IMG/VR virus record: IMGVR_UViG_2687453727_000003
DNA length: 64,000 nucleotides
From: an uncultured virus (IMG/VR IMGVR_UViG_2687453727_000003)
Taxonomy: Duplodnaviria > Heunggongvirae > Uroviricota > Caudoviricetes
Reading direction: 5' to 3' (one strand)
The notes beneath the pieces are model-generated. The model did not search any database. It saw only the letters and a list, made by a program, of their open reading frames with translations, and was not told the DNA's origin. The translations under genes and the position numbers were made by a program. Shown here one piece after another: positions 19,044-28,688 of this stretch; within the stretch, counting starts at the first letter, position 1; the number at the start of each line of letters is the position of its first letter.

Positions 19044-19964
19044 ATGGCTGAAACAGGATTAGTTTTAAGTAAAGAAGATGCATTTAATAATGTTATGGCT
19101 AAGATAGCCGCACTAGAAAAAAATAATGGTATTAAGTTACCTAAGAATTATTCAGCAGAAAATGCAATTAATTCAGCTTGGTTGATGCTTCAGGAAGTAG
19201 TAGATAAAGAGAAAAAGCCGGCACTTGAAGTATGTACAAAAACTTCGATAGTTGAAGCTTTATACAACATGGTATTGCAAGGATTAAGCCCTTACAAAAG
19301 ACAATGTTATTTTATAGTGCATGGTAGCAAATTAACTCTTATGAAAAGCTATATGGGAAGTATAGTTGCAACAAAAAGATTAAGTGGAATAAAAGATGTA
19401 AAAGCCTTTGTGATATATGAAGGTGATGTATTTGAAACAGTATTCAATAATGAAACATATACTATTGAATTTAACTATCAGCCAAAGTTTGAAAATATAA
19501 ATTCAAATAAGATAAAAGGTGCATTTGCATTGATAATAGGTGATGATAATAAGTTACTGCATACTGAGATAATGACAATGGATCAAATAAGAAAGTCATG
19601 GGGTATGGGTATAGCTTATAAAAGCGGAAAATCAAATACACATAGTGACTTTGGAGAAGAAATGGCGAAGAAGAGCGTTATAAATAGGGCTTGTAAGAGA
19701 TTTTATAATACCTCAGATGATAGTGATGTATTAATAGAAAGCTTAAATAACACAGATGAAGATTATGATGAAGCAGATATTATTGAAAATACTAAAGAGC
19801 AAGTACATGAAGAAATTAAAGCTAATGCAAACCAAGAAGTAATAGATGTAGATCCAAAGCAAGTAACAGAAATTGATAATAACAATAACGAAAATCCAAT
19901 TCAAAAAGATTTAAATAATAAGAAAACTGAAAAAGCAGAACAGCAAATGATGTGTGAATTTTAA
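19044..19964 (+). CDS. recT: RecT-family single-strand annealing protein
   Basis: QGLSP..QCYFI, EMAKKSVINRACK, acidic C-terminus. Confidence 0.9.
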   Translation: MAETGLVLSKEDAFNNVMAKIAALEKNNGIKLPKNYSAENAINSAWLMLQEVVDKEKKPALEVCTKTSIVEALYNMVLQGLSPYKRQCYFIVHGSKLTLMKSYMGSIVATKRLSGIKDVKAFVIYEGDVFETVFNNETYTIEFNYQPKFENINSNKIKGAFALIIGDDNKLLHTEIMTMDQIRKSWGMGIAYKSGKSNTHSDFGEEMAKKSVINRACKRFYNTSDDSDVLIESLNNTDEDYDEADIIENTKEQVHEEIKANANQEVIDVDPKQVTEIDNNNNENPIQKDLNNKKTEKAEQQMMCEF

Positions 19965-20671
19965 TGATTAAAGTATTAGCATCAGGAAGTACAGGAAATG
20001 CTTATATCATTCAGGCAGAAGAAGAAATTCTTTTGCTTGAATGTGGCATAAACTTTAAAGAAATTAAACAAGGATTGGATTTTGATTTAAGTAAAGTAAA
20101 AGGTTGCTTGATTACACATGAGCATAAAGATCACTCAAAAGCTATAAAAGATGTATTAGCTGCTGGAATAGATATTTATATGAGTAAAGGTACAGCAGCA
20201 GGTATTAATTTAGAGGATGATAGATATAGCTATAGGTTCAATTATTTAAGGCATAAAATACCTAAACATATAGCAGGCTTTACTGTAATTCCGTTTAGTG
20301 TAGAGCATGATGTAAATGAGCCACTAGGATTTTTAATATATCATCCTAAAATAGGGAAGGTTATTTTTGCAACAGATACGTATTATTTAAAACCAGTATT
20401 TAAGAATGTAAATCATATTTTAATAGAATGTAATTATTCAGAAGATATATTGCCTCAATTGCCTGCGTGGAGGGCTAGAACTATTAAAAGCCATATGAGC
20501 TTGGAGACGTTGAAAGAAACGCTAAAATCGTGGGAATTAGGCAATACAAAAGATATAACACTAATTCATATAAGCAATGATAATGGAGATCCTGAAAGGT
20601 TTAAAGAAGAAATAGAGAACCTTATAGGCATTAAAACATATGTAGCGGAACCGGGCTTAATAATTAATTAA
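19964..20671 (+). CDS. MBL-fold metallo-hydrolase (YycJ-like exonuclease)
   Basis: LASGSTGN, ITHEHKDH, HD, TDT and ECNY motifs. Confidence 0.9.
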   Translation: MIKVLASGSTGNAYIIQAEEEILLLECGINFKEIKQGLDFDLSKVKGCLITHEHKDHSKAIKDVLAAGIDIYMSKGTAAGINLEDDRYSYRFNYLRHKIPKHIAGFTVIPFSVEHDVNEPLGFLIYHPKIGKVIFATDTYYLKPVFKNVNHILIECNYSEDILPQLPAWRARTIKSHMSLETLKETLKSWELGNTKDITLIHISNDNGDPERFKEEIENLIGIKTYVAEPGLIIN

Positions 20672-20698
20672 AAGGAATAAATAAAGGCGGGTGGGCTT

Positions 20699-21559
20699 AT
20701 GGCAAGACCAGTAAAAGAAGGCTTATCTTACTTTCCTTTTGATGTAGATTTTTTCTCAGATAGAAAAATTAAAATATTAAAATCAAGATACGGAGCAGAT
20801 GGGATTACATTATATATGTATCTCTTATGCGAAGTATATAAAAGTAACGGATACTATTTAGAAACTGATGATGATTTTTTATATATCATATCAGACGATC
20901 TTAACATGAGTTATGAGAAGATTAGGCAGATTATGAACTTCTTACTTGAACGGTCACTGTTTGACGATACACTTTTCAAGTCGGACAAGGTCTTAACCTC
21001 CATCGGAATACAACGCAGATTTCAAGAAGCTATTAAATCTAGAGCTTCTAAAAGGACTGTGGAAATCACAAAGTTTTGGCTTTTAGAAAAAAATGAGACT
21101 CAAAGCTTTATTAAAGTGAACCTAAATCCAAATAAATCTGAGAATAACTCGAATAAATCCGAGAATAACTCAAGTAAATCTGAGATTAATGACACAAAGA
21201 AAAGTAAAGTAAATAAAAATAAAGTAAAAGAAAGTAAAGTAGATAATAATATATTCTTCGTTTATGAGAATTGTGGTTTTGGTACGATTAATAATTTTAC
21301 AAAAGAACAACTAGAAGTATTGGTAAATGATTTTAGTTTTGAGTGGACTAAAGAAGCTCTTGAAATAGCAACTACTAATGGAGCTAGAAATTTAAAATAT
21401 GTTCAACGTGTTTTAGAGAACTGGAGAGATAAAGGAAAAAACTATATTCCTACTTACAGCAAAGATAACGTCAAGGTTTTAAAGTTTAACAACTTTGAGC
21501 CTAGGGAATATGACTATGACAAATTAGAGAAAAGGTTATTGGGGTGGGATGATGATTGA
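20699..21559 (+). CDS. Phage replication initiator (DUF4373-like N-terminus, DnaD-like C-terminus)
   Basis: MARPVKEGLSYFPFDVD, LTSIGIQRRF and YVQRVLENW motifs; internal iteron repeats. Confidence 0.85.
   Translation: MARPVKEGLSYFPFDVDFFSDRKIKILKSRYGADGITLYMYLLCEVYKSNGYYLETDDDFLYIISDDLNMSYEKIRQIMNFLLERSLFDDTLFKSDKVLTSIGIQRRFQEAIKSRASKRTVEITKFWLLEKNETQSFIKVNLNPNKSENNSNKSENNSSKSEINDTKKSKVNKNKVKESKVDNNIFFVYENCGFGTINNFTKEQLEVLVNDFSFEWTKEALEIATTNGARNLKYVQRVLENWRDKGKNYIPTYSKDNVKVLKFNNFEPREYDYDKLEKRLLGWDDD
21130..21241 (+). repeat. Putative phage origin: three 21-bp direct repeats followed by AAAGT-rich repeats
   Basis: aataaatctgagaataactc / aataaatccgagaataactc / agtaaatctgagattaat inside the initiator gene. 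Confidence 0.7.
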
Positions 21560-22319
21560 TAAAAATGATATTATTCCAGGTCAAGTAAGTATATTCGATT
21601 TAGAATTCGTAAAACACCAAGAACCTAGGAAAAGGTTAAAGCCAGTATCTATAACTAAACCTAAGGGAAATACCAATAAGTTTGCTGAGATTATTAACTT
21701 ATACAGTTCTGCTGCAGCAAGAATAGTTAAACAAGTATGTGGAGCCTTGCTAGTAGAACTTGAGGATAAGACATTATATTTTAATCCAGATGGAGTACAG
21801 GAACTAGAGCTGAAGAAAGATATGGAGTTAATGCCGGCAGATGAAATTCTGGTTGTAAATCAGGATAGAGATCTTAACAGTCTACAGCTTAAAAAGTTAG
21901 AGGACATGCATGTAAATCAATATATTAAGCGTAAAGGTGATGCCAATATAATAATAACATTTCCTGGGAAAACAATTATTATAAATCAACGTGGTTGGGT
22001 ATTGGAATATCAGCAGAAACCTAGATATCACAATGATGAACTATTTATCACAGAAATGGCTAAGAAAAGCACGGATTTGGCTAACAATGTTACGGAAATA
22101 GATAAAAATATTACAAAAAGTGTGAACGAAGATACTGAATTTAAGAACGATGGAAATGAATCAGGAGATCTACAGGTTGGTGATAAGGTTGAATTTAATT
22201 ACGATGGTCCTCAGGTAGGAAATATAACTAGCATTTACAACAATGGAGAAACGGTAAATGTAGTTTGGAATCACAAACATACAGCCTTTTATTATAAGTG
22301 TGTTAAGAAAATATCTTAG
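21552..22319 (+). CDS. Hypothetical phage protein (GQVSIFD clamp-binding-like motif, C-terminal SH3/KOW-like segment)
   Basis: ORF coupled to the initiator gene. Confidence 0.7.
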   Translation: MIDKNDIIPGQVSIFDLEFVKHQEPRKRLKPVSITKPKGNTNKFAEIINLYSSAAARIVKQVCGALLVELEDKTLYFNPDGVQELELKKDMELMPADEILVVNQDRDLNSLQLKKLEDMHVNQYIKRKGDANIIITFPGKTIIINQRGWVLEYQQKPRYHNDELFITEMAKKSTDLANNVTEIDKNITKSVNEDTEFKNDGNESGDLQVGDKVEFNYDGPQVGNITSIYNNGETVNVVWNHKHTAFYYKCVKKIS

Positions 22320-22339
22320 AAATGGGAGTGTGATATATT

Positions 22340-22477
22340 ATGACACCACAAGAATGGAGGGATAAAACAGTAAGAGACATTGAGTTAAAAAGAAAAAAGA
22401 GATTAGAAGGACAAAGACAAGCTAAAAACTTTAGCTTTGAAAGTATGATGAGAGTTCAAAGGAGGCTGAATAAATAA
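22340..22477 (+). CDS. Small hypothetical protein (45 aa)
   Basis: GGGAG RBS; TAATG coupling to the next gene. Confidence 0.5.
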   Translation: MTPQEWRDKTVRDIELKRKKRLEGQRQAKNFSFESMMRVQRRLNK

Positions 22478-22689
22478 TGAATAACGAATTAGAAATGCAT
22501 AAGATTTTTGAGAAGTATTATGAATTATCGAGTATTGAGTGGAGAAAAACAATTGTTGGATATGAGCCACTTGATAAAAGTATAGAGCTTCCAAGTGGAG
22601 CAGATAGGAAAACTGCTATTAAAATTTCTTTTAAGAATAAAGATTGGATAAGAGTTTATAGGATAGGAAATAAAGTTGAATGGTACTAA
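22477..22689 (+). CDS. Hypothetical phage protein
   Basis: GGAGG RBS; in operon. Confidence 0.65.
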   Translation: MNNELEMHKIFEKYYELSSIEWRKTIVGYEPLDKSIELPSGADRKTAIKISFKNKDWIRVYRIGNKVEWY

Positions 22690-22704
22690 GCAAAGGAGAA
22701 TTTT

Positions 22705-23133
22705 ATGGCTATTACAAAGTATAAATCAAGGAAAGTAACAGTGGATGGATATACATTTGACTCAATAGATGAGAGTAAATATTATCAGGCATTACTAATG
22801 AGAAGAGCTAAAGATGAGATTCTAAATTTTGAGATGCAACCTAAGTTTGTATTGATACCTGGTTTTAAGAAACAAGGAAAGACTTTTAAGGCTATGACTT
22901 ATACACCAGATTTTTTAATATACCACATCGATGGATCAGAAGAGTTAATAGATATTAAGGGATTTTCAACGCAGCAAGGAGAACTAAGGTACAAGCTATT
23001 TAATTATTTCTATAAAGACAAGAAATTAACCTGGCTAGCAAGAAATCTAAAGCACGGTGATAAATATGGATTCATTGATTACTTTGAATTAAAAAAGATT
23101 AGAGCAAAAAATAAGAAATCTAAGGAGGCTTAG
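22705..23133 (+). CDS. DUF1064-family PD-(D/E)xK nuclease-like protein
   Basis: KYKSRKVTVDGYTFDS..E..YY, YTPDF and DIKG motifs. Confidence 0.85.
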   Translation: MAITKYKSRKVTVDGYTFDSIDESKYYQALLMRRAKDEILNFEMQPKFVLIPGFKKQGKTFKAMTYTPDFLIYHIDGSEELIDIKGFSTQQGELRYKLFNYFYKDKKLTWLARNLKHGDKYGFIDYFELKKIRAKNKKSKEA

Positions 23134-23136
23134 AAA

Positions 23137-23781
23137 ATGTTTAAAATATCGATAATTGATCAAGAGTCAGGAGAATTAGTAGAAGATATTAACGCATCAG
23201 AATATAACGTTCAATGGACACATCACGAGGATGCAGGTAGAATACATCATTCAATAGCATTAAACAACGCAAAGTATGGAGAGAAATGTTGGATAAAGAA
23301 TTATGCTTATGCGCCTATAGCAAGGAGGCTAGTTTCTAAATTTGAAGAGTTAGAAGGGGTAGTAGTTGAGGAAATACTTTTCATTGAAGATATGGAATGG
23401 GAACCAGGAGGAGCTAAATATAACTGGAAAGCAAGGATTAAAAGGGCAAATAAAGATCTTACTGAATACTTGGGATATAAGTATATTATAGAGACCAGAA
23501 ACTACTATACATCCCATATGGATATAGAAAGATTGATACTCCTAATTTATCATGAGTTACTTCATATCGATATTTCAGATGATAGTATAAGAAAACATAA
23601 TATTGAAGAGTGGAGCAATATAGTTGCAACTTTTGGTAAAGAGTGGTCTGACACAAAATCAATATTAAAAAACATATTGGACGATGATTTTGAAGAATGG
23701 GAAAAGTTATTAAGAACTGAGAAACAAATTAGCTTATTTGATAATTTAGGAGTAATTGATTTTAAGTCCATAGCAAGATAG
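23137..23781 (+). CDS. Putative phage metallopeptidase
   Basis: LIYHELLHI followed by HNIEE; C-terminal QISLFD. Confidence 0.75.
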   Translation: MFKISIIDQESGELVEDINASEYNVQWTHHEDAGRIHHSIALNNAKYGEKCWIKNYAYAPIARRLVSKFEELEGVVVEEILFIEDMEWEPGGAKYNWKARIKRANKDLTEYLGYKYIIETRNYYTSHMDIERLILLIYHELLHIDISDDSIRKHNIEEWSNIVATFGKEWSDTKSILKNILDDDFEEWEKLLRTEKQISLFDNLGVIDFKSIAR

Positions 23782-23857
23782 ATTTTATGAGTTGATTGTA
23801 TAGTTATCTAAATAGCTGTACAAGTCAACTCAGTATAACATAGAAAGGAGAAAGAAT

Positions 23858-24025
23858 ATGGGAAATTATGAAGCTATAGCTTATGCGGTAATGGCACTTG
23901 ATGAGCTAATTAAAGAAGGTAACGATATAACTACACAAAAACTTAGGGATAGAATTCTTTATCTTATGGATATGAATACAGAAACTATGATTTATAAGAA
24001 AGCACAGGAAAAAGGACTAATATAG
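23858..24025 (+). CDS. Small hypothetical protein (55 aa)
   Basis: AAGGAG RBS; MGNYEAIAYAVMAL... Confidence 0.55.
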   Translation: MGNYEAIAYAVMALDELIKEGNDITTQKLRDRILYLMDMNTETMIYKKAQEKGLI

Positions 24026-24138
24026 GATTTGCAAATAATTATAGATAAATAAAAAAGAGAGCTTTCGCTCCCACAACCTACACTCATTATATTTGATTTT
24101 GAAGATAATATCAATAATATTCAAGGAGGGCGAAAGCT

Positions 24139-24726
24139 ATGGGCAAAGTAAATAACAGTTTAAAAAAGGAGAAAAATACTCCTATGAATGTAAATAAGAC
24201 TATTGAGAAAACTGCGATGGAAACAGCTAAAGCTATAGTTGCAGAATTAAGAGTTCAAAATATGATTAAAAAAGAATTAAGTTATTATAAGAAAGTTGAA
24301 TTATTATTATACAATTATGAAAATTTAAAGGATGCAATAAAGCAGAAGGATGAGGAAATTAGGCATATAGAAAGATATGGATTACCACAAGCAAGCGGAT
24401 CTATTGTAGTCTATCAAACTTCAGGAGGGGGAATAAGTCCAGAAGATAGATATCTACAATTGATAGACAAGTATAAAGTTGAGAAGATAGAAACTCAAAG
24501 AGATTTGATAAGAATAGAAAATGCTTTGGATAAGATTAGAGAAGATAAATACTTTGATATTATACAATTTAAATATTTAAATTTACAAAAAGATAAACTT
24601 GAGACAGATGAGAAGATTGCTGAGAGATTAGATAAGGATCAGAGTACTGTTACTAGGAATAGAAAGAGATTGATGAATAAGTTGATTACTATATTGTTTC
24701 CGGAATCAATTAGGGAGCTTGCGTAA
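24139..24726 (+). CDS. ArpU/RinA-like late transcriptional activator
   Basis: C-terminal sigma4-like HTH (IIQFKY..IAERLDKDQSTVTRNRKRL); sits at the end of the replication module. Confidence 0.8.
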   Translation: MGKVNNSLKKEKNTPMNVNKTIEKTAMETAKAIVAELRVQNMIKKELSYYKKVELLLYNYENLKDAIKQKDEEIRHIERYGLPQASGSIVVYQTSGGGISPEDRYLQLIDKYKVEKIETQRDLIRIENALDKIREDKYFDIIQFKYLNLQKDKLETDEKIAERLDKDQSTVTRNRKRLMNKLITILFPESIRELA

Positions 24727-24851
24727 TAGCAATTTTTTCTGTTTGATTTTCTTAGTGCTAAGAAATCAGGTATAATTATTTAAGGCATATATTTAAAATA
24801 ATATAGAAATATATAGATCTTAGAAATTTATTAAAGTAGGAGAGATTCATT

Positions 24852-25607
24852 ATGGAAGAAAAATATATTGAATATATATTAGTTGTAGATAATTTTTGTT
24901 TACCTAAAGTCATAGAATATGAACCAGGAAATAATATTAAAAAAGTAATTATAACAAATAATAAAAATACATCAATTGAGACCGACCCTACATTTGCATT
25001 TTGTAAAGAGAAATCTATAAAATTTATTGTAGAAAATGTAACTAGCGAAGAAGAAGCAAAAAATCTTGTTAAAGATGAACTTCAAAGGATAGTAAATTTA
25101 ATAGCATTAGATATAAATTTGATTTCAGGCTTAAATGCATATTTTAAAAAATCAAATTTACAATCTAATGGTAATCAAATGCTAGAAGTTACTGTTATTA
25201 AAAGCGATATTGGTGGTTATAAAAAATTAGAGAATGATTTGCTAGATCGAACAAAAGGAAATGATACATATGATAATATATACAAATTAATTTTATCAAG
25301 TTCTGATGAAATTTCAAAATTTATATTATTATATAGCATTTTATTATTACTTATAGGAAATCAGAAAGATGTAGATATATTTATTGAGAATGAGCTAAAC
25401 AAAAATGGAATGAAAATTGAATATAGGAAAAGCACGAAATATGAATTTAATAATACCATTTATACGTGGTTGCGTAATGAAATAGGACATACAACAAAGA
25501 AATCAGATATCAACGAAATTAAGGATTTAATAGATAGACATATAGAAACATTGGATTATTTGGTTAAAATAGCCATGGATAAAGAAAAGAATAGGCATAG
25601 AGTATAA
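24852..25607 (+). CDS. Moron with C-terminal HEPN-like motif (ApeA/MauJ-like)
   Basis: KFILLYSIL...YTWLRNEIGH (RxxxxH); own promoter (GGTATAAT) and terminator. Confidence 0.55.
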   Translation: MEEKYIEYILVVDNFCLPKVIEYEPGNNIKKVIITNNKNTSIETDPTFAFCKEKSIKFIVENVTSEEEAKNLVKDELQRIVNLIALDINLISGLNAYFKKSNLQSNGNQMLEVTVIKSDIGGYKKLENDLLDRTKGNDTYDNIYKLILSSSDEISKFILLYSILLLLIGNQKDVDIFIENELNKNGMKIEYRKSTKYEFNNTIYTWLRNEIGHTTKKSDINEIKDLIDRHIETLDYLVKIAMDKEKNRHRV

Positions 25608-25617
25608 ATTATTTCTA

Positions 25618-25645
25618 GCACTTACAGAAATGTAGGTGCATTTTA
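25618..25645 (+). terminator. Intrinsic terminator
   Basis: gcacttaca-gaaa-tgtaggtgc plus T-run; near-identical hairpin at about 59231. Confidence 0.75.
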
Positions 25646-25693
25646 TTGTTATTATTTAATAGATTATGTAAAATAATAACAAGGGGGATGACT

Positions 25694-26197
25694 ATGTGGT
25701 TAAAAGAAGATAGTATTGCTAAATATGGTAAGCATTTTGAAGAAATTAATAATTTGAAGGATCAAATTGAGTATCAAGAAATTAGAAAGTATATAAAGAA
25801 TAAATATAAAAGCGAGAAAAAATATGATTCGTTAGAGAAAATACAATTAGAAAAAGAGAGGGTAATAGACAAGTTAAATCAAATGAATTCTCAATTTCCA
25901 GCTATAGCAATGGCTCTACTTATAATGTTTTTTAGTTTACTTGTTCCTGCATTTAGTGAAGTGTTATCTAATTTACTTCCTGGAAATATAAAATATTTTA
26001 TACAAATTTTATATTCAATTTTTATACTAGTCTATACAATGAAGGTAGTTACGAAACCATCAGATGAATTTAGGTGTTTAAGAATATGTAAAAATGTATT
26101 AGAAGAATTAGAGAAAGAAAAATTGGAGGAAATAAGCAATGAATCAAATGAAATAGTGGATGATATAAAAGATATTAAAAAATTTCTGGGAATATGA
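25694..26197 (+). CDS. Hypothetical two-TM membrane protein
   Basis: Two hydrophobic segments; AGGGGG RBS. Confidence 0.65.
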   Translation: MWLKEDSIAKYGKHFEEINNLKDQIEYQEIRKYIKNKYKSEKKYDSLEKIQLEKERVIDKLNQMNSQFPAIAMALLIMFFSLLVPAFSEVLSNLLPGNIKYFIQILYSIFILVYTMKVVTKPSDEFRCLRICKNVLEELEKEKLEEISNESNEIVDDIKDIKKFLGI

Positions 26198-26653
26198 TTT
26201 TGCATAATCAGTGCATATCATGTGCAATTGAATGTACTAAATATATATATTAGTATGATATTAGCAACTTTCATAAAAATAATACCAAGCATATAAGTAG
26301 AAAAAATTCATAGAAATATGAGTTTTTTTTTATTTTATTATAATTTTTATGTCAGATAATTAATTGTATTAACGAATATTATATTGAGTGTATTAAAACC
26401 AATTACCTTATACCCCTTATACGGTTGTATAACATTCATATTTATTATACTTACTATACGCCAAGTATCCTGCATTAGTTGAAGCTTTAAGTTTGCACTT
26501 GGGGGAATACAGATAATGCAGGATATTTTATAATAATAGTTTTCCATAATTTATGCATTGAATATGTTATATATATGTATTAATATAAGAAAAGTGGTTT
26601 TATGGGAATATATTCATAATGCTTCAGTGATGTATATTGTATGGAGAAAAGGT

Positions 26654-26824
26654 GTGGGTACTATAGAAAAATATGAATTAATAATTTACGAAATGAGACA
26701 AGCATTGTATACACTTATAGATAAGAAAGAAAATTTGTTAGATATGGAAGTAATAGCTGCAAGTCAAGAACTTGATAAAGTTTTGAATGAATATAATATT
26801 ATTCAAAGTAGGCTATTGAAATAA
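26654..26824 (+). CDS. Spo0E-family aspartyl-phosphate phosphatase
   Basis: Signature SQELD in EMRQALY..VIAASQELDKVLNEY. The start codon is uncertain (GTG at 26654). Confidence 0.8.
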   Translation: MGTIEKYELIIYEMRQALYTLIDKKENLLDMEVIAASQELDKVLNEYNIIQSRLLK

Positions 26825-26854
26825 GAAAGATGAATAGATTATGAGGTAAGACTA

Positions 26855-27079
26855 GTGAGTAATGACGTAAATATTGTATTAGAAGAAATAAAAATGGCAC
26901 CTAAAGTACGCTCTGGTAATGATTTAATAGTAGTATTATCTAGTAACGCCGTGAAATTAAGCACTGAGAGATTTAATGAAGCTGTTGAGTACATTTGGGA
27001 ATGTAAATTAGTTAAGATATTAAAAGTAGAACGTAGAGGTATCTATATAGCAAAGATATATGTAGATGTAACAACGTAA
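26855..27079 (+). CDS. Hypothetical protein
   Basis: GAGGT RBS; terminator follows. Confidence 0.6.
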   Translation: MSNDVNIVLEEIKMAPKVRSGNDLIVVLSSNAVKLSTERFNEAVEYIWECKLVKILKVERRGIYIAKIYVDVTT

Positions 27080-27168
27080 TTTTTGAGAACTCTAAAAATA
27101 GGGTTCTTTTTTTATGTAATAGAATAGCAGCAAAATAATAGAGTTAAATTAAAGAAAGGAGATTTATC

Positions 27169-27357
27169 ATGGAAAGGCCTAAAAGAAAGAAATTAAAACC
27201 AAATATAAAATTCAATCAAGAAATAGTTGTATGTGCTAAATCTCCTTCAGAATGTAGTGGATGCAAAGAGTGCTGCGAACTAATAGAATTATTTTATTAT
27301 CCATTTGATGGGAAAAATATAAAGGAATGCTTTAAAAACGATGAAAGGAGGCGATAA
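27169..27357 (+). CDS. Small Cys-rich hypothetical protein
   Basis: AAGGAG RBS; CxxCxxC. Confidence 0.6.
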   Translation: MERPKRKKLKPNIKFNQEIVVCAKSPSECSGCKECCELIELFYYPFDGKNIKECFKNDERRR

Positions 27358-27461
27358 CATGTAGAGTGGGATTAAATAATACAATTTTATTATAAAAATA
27401 TTCGTAAAAAGTATTTCTAAGAAAGCCTTAAATTTTAATATTGAATTTAAGGATGTGTAAT

Positions 27462-28478
27462 ATGATAAAATTATTAAGTTTGTTTAGTGGAATTGGAGCT
27501 TTTGAAAAAGCATTAGAAAATATAAATGTTGATTATGAATTAGTGAACTATTGCGAGATTGATAAATTTGCAAGTTATGCATATAGTATTTTGCATAAAG
27601 TAGATGAGAGTTTAAATCTAGGTGACATATCAAAGGTAGATGTAGAAAATCTAAATGATTTTGATTTGCTTACATATGGATTTCCATGCCAAGACATTAG
27701 TTTAGCTGGCAAGAAGCGAGGCATTATAAAGGGAGAAACTAGAAGTGGATTGCTATTTGAGGCACTAAAAATTATTGAAGCTAAAAAGCCTAAGTATGCT
27801 ATAGCTGAAAATGTTAAGAATCTTACAAGTAAAATGTTTATTGATGATTTCAATAATATGTTAGAAGAATTAAATGAAATTGGTTATAACTCTTATTGGA
27901 AGATATTAAATAGTAAGGACTATGGGGGAATTCAATCAAGAGAAAGAGTATTTATTGTTAGTATCAGAAAAGATATAGATAATGGTAACTTCAAATTTCC
28001 TGAGTTAATGAATAGCCATATTCCACTTAGTGAAATTACAGAAAAGAACATAGACGAAAAGTATTATTGTAAAGAAAATATTCATATTAAAAAATTCTTG
28101 AATCATGTAAGCAGAAAGATTGTAGATTTTAAAAATCCAAATAAATTTGGACTCCTAAGAGTTGGAAAAATTGATAATCCTAATATGTTAAATATGAATA
28201 AAAGAGTATTTTCTGATTTGGGGGTTAGTCCTACAATTACAACTGGTTCTGATAGTATTCCTAAAATAATTCAATGCAGAATCAGAAGATTAACTCCATT
28301 GGAATGTTGGAAACTTACTGGATTTACAGATAAAGATTATTGGAATGTAAGAAGAGCTTTAGAAAAAAGGTTTTATGGAAACAAAGATAAAACAGATACT
28401 CAAATGTATAAGATGGCTGGCAATAGTATTGTGGTGAATGTTGTTGAGAGTATATTTAAATTATTATTTAGTAATTAG
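27462..28478 (+). CDS. C5 cytosine DNA methyltransferase (orphan)
   Basis: LFSGIG, GFPCQ, ENV, QSRERVF, RRLTPLEC and YKMAGNS motifs. Confidence 0.95.
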   Translation: MIKLLSLFSGIGAFEKALENINVDYELVNYCEIDKFASYAYSILHKVDESLNLGDISKVDVENLNDFDLLTYGFPCQDISLAGKKRGIIKGETRSGLLFEALKIIEAKKPKYAIAENVKNLTSKMFIDDFNNMLEELNEIGYNSYWKILNSKDYGGIQSRERVFIVSIRKDIDNGNFKFPELMNSHIPLSEITEKNIDEKYYCKENIHIKKFLNHVSRKIVDFKNPNKFGLLRVGKIDNPNMLNMNKRVFSDLGVSPTITTGSDSIPKIIQCRIRRLTPLECWKLTGFTDKDYWNVRRALEKRFYGNKDKTDTQMYKMAGNSIVVNVVESIFKLLFSN

Positions 28479-28530
28479 CTATAAATTAAGGCTCATTTTT
28501 TTGTTTCCCAAAAAGATAATGAGGTAAAGT

Positions 28531-28579
28531 GAGGTGGTGAAAGTGAGAAATGCCTAGAACACTAAATGAAAAAAAGTGA
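28531..28579 (+). repeat. Degenerate duplicate of the terS RBS and 5' end
   Basis: gaggtggtga..atgcctagaacactaaatgaaaaa versus gaggtggtga..atggctagaacaccaaatgaaaaa at 29496-29538. Confidence 0.75.
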
Positions 28580-28688
28580 GATTTAATCTTGCAATTAAAT
28601 TATTACCTGTTTTGCATATATTAATTAAAATTGACAAAAAATATGTAAAGTGTACAATTAAATTATATATGTTTAGGGGGAGATAATA

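Noticed and set aside
26347..26547. 66-aa minus-strand ORF
   Set aside because: No RBS or recognisable motif; it overlaps an inverted repeat.
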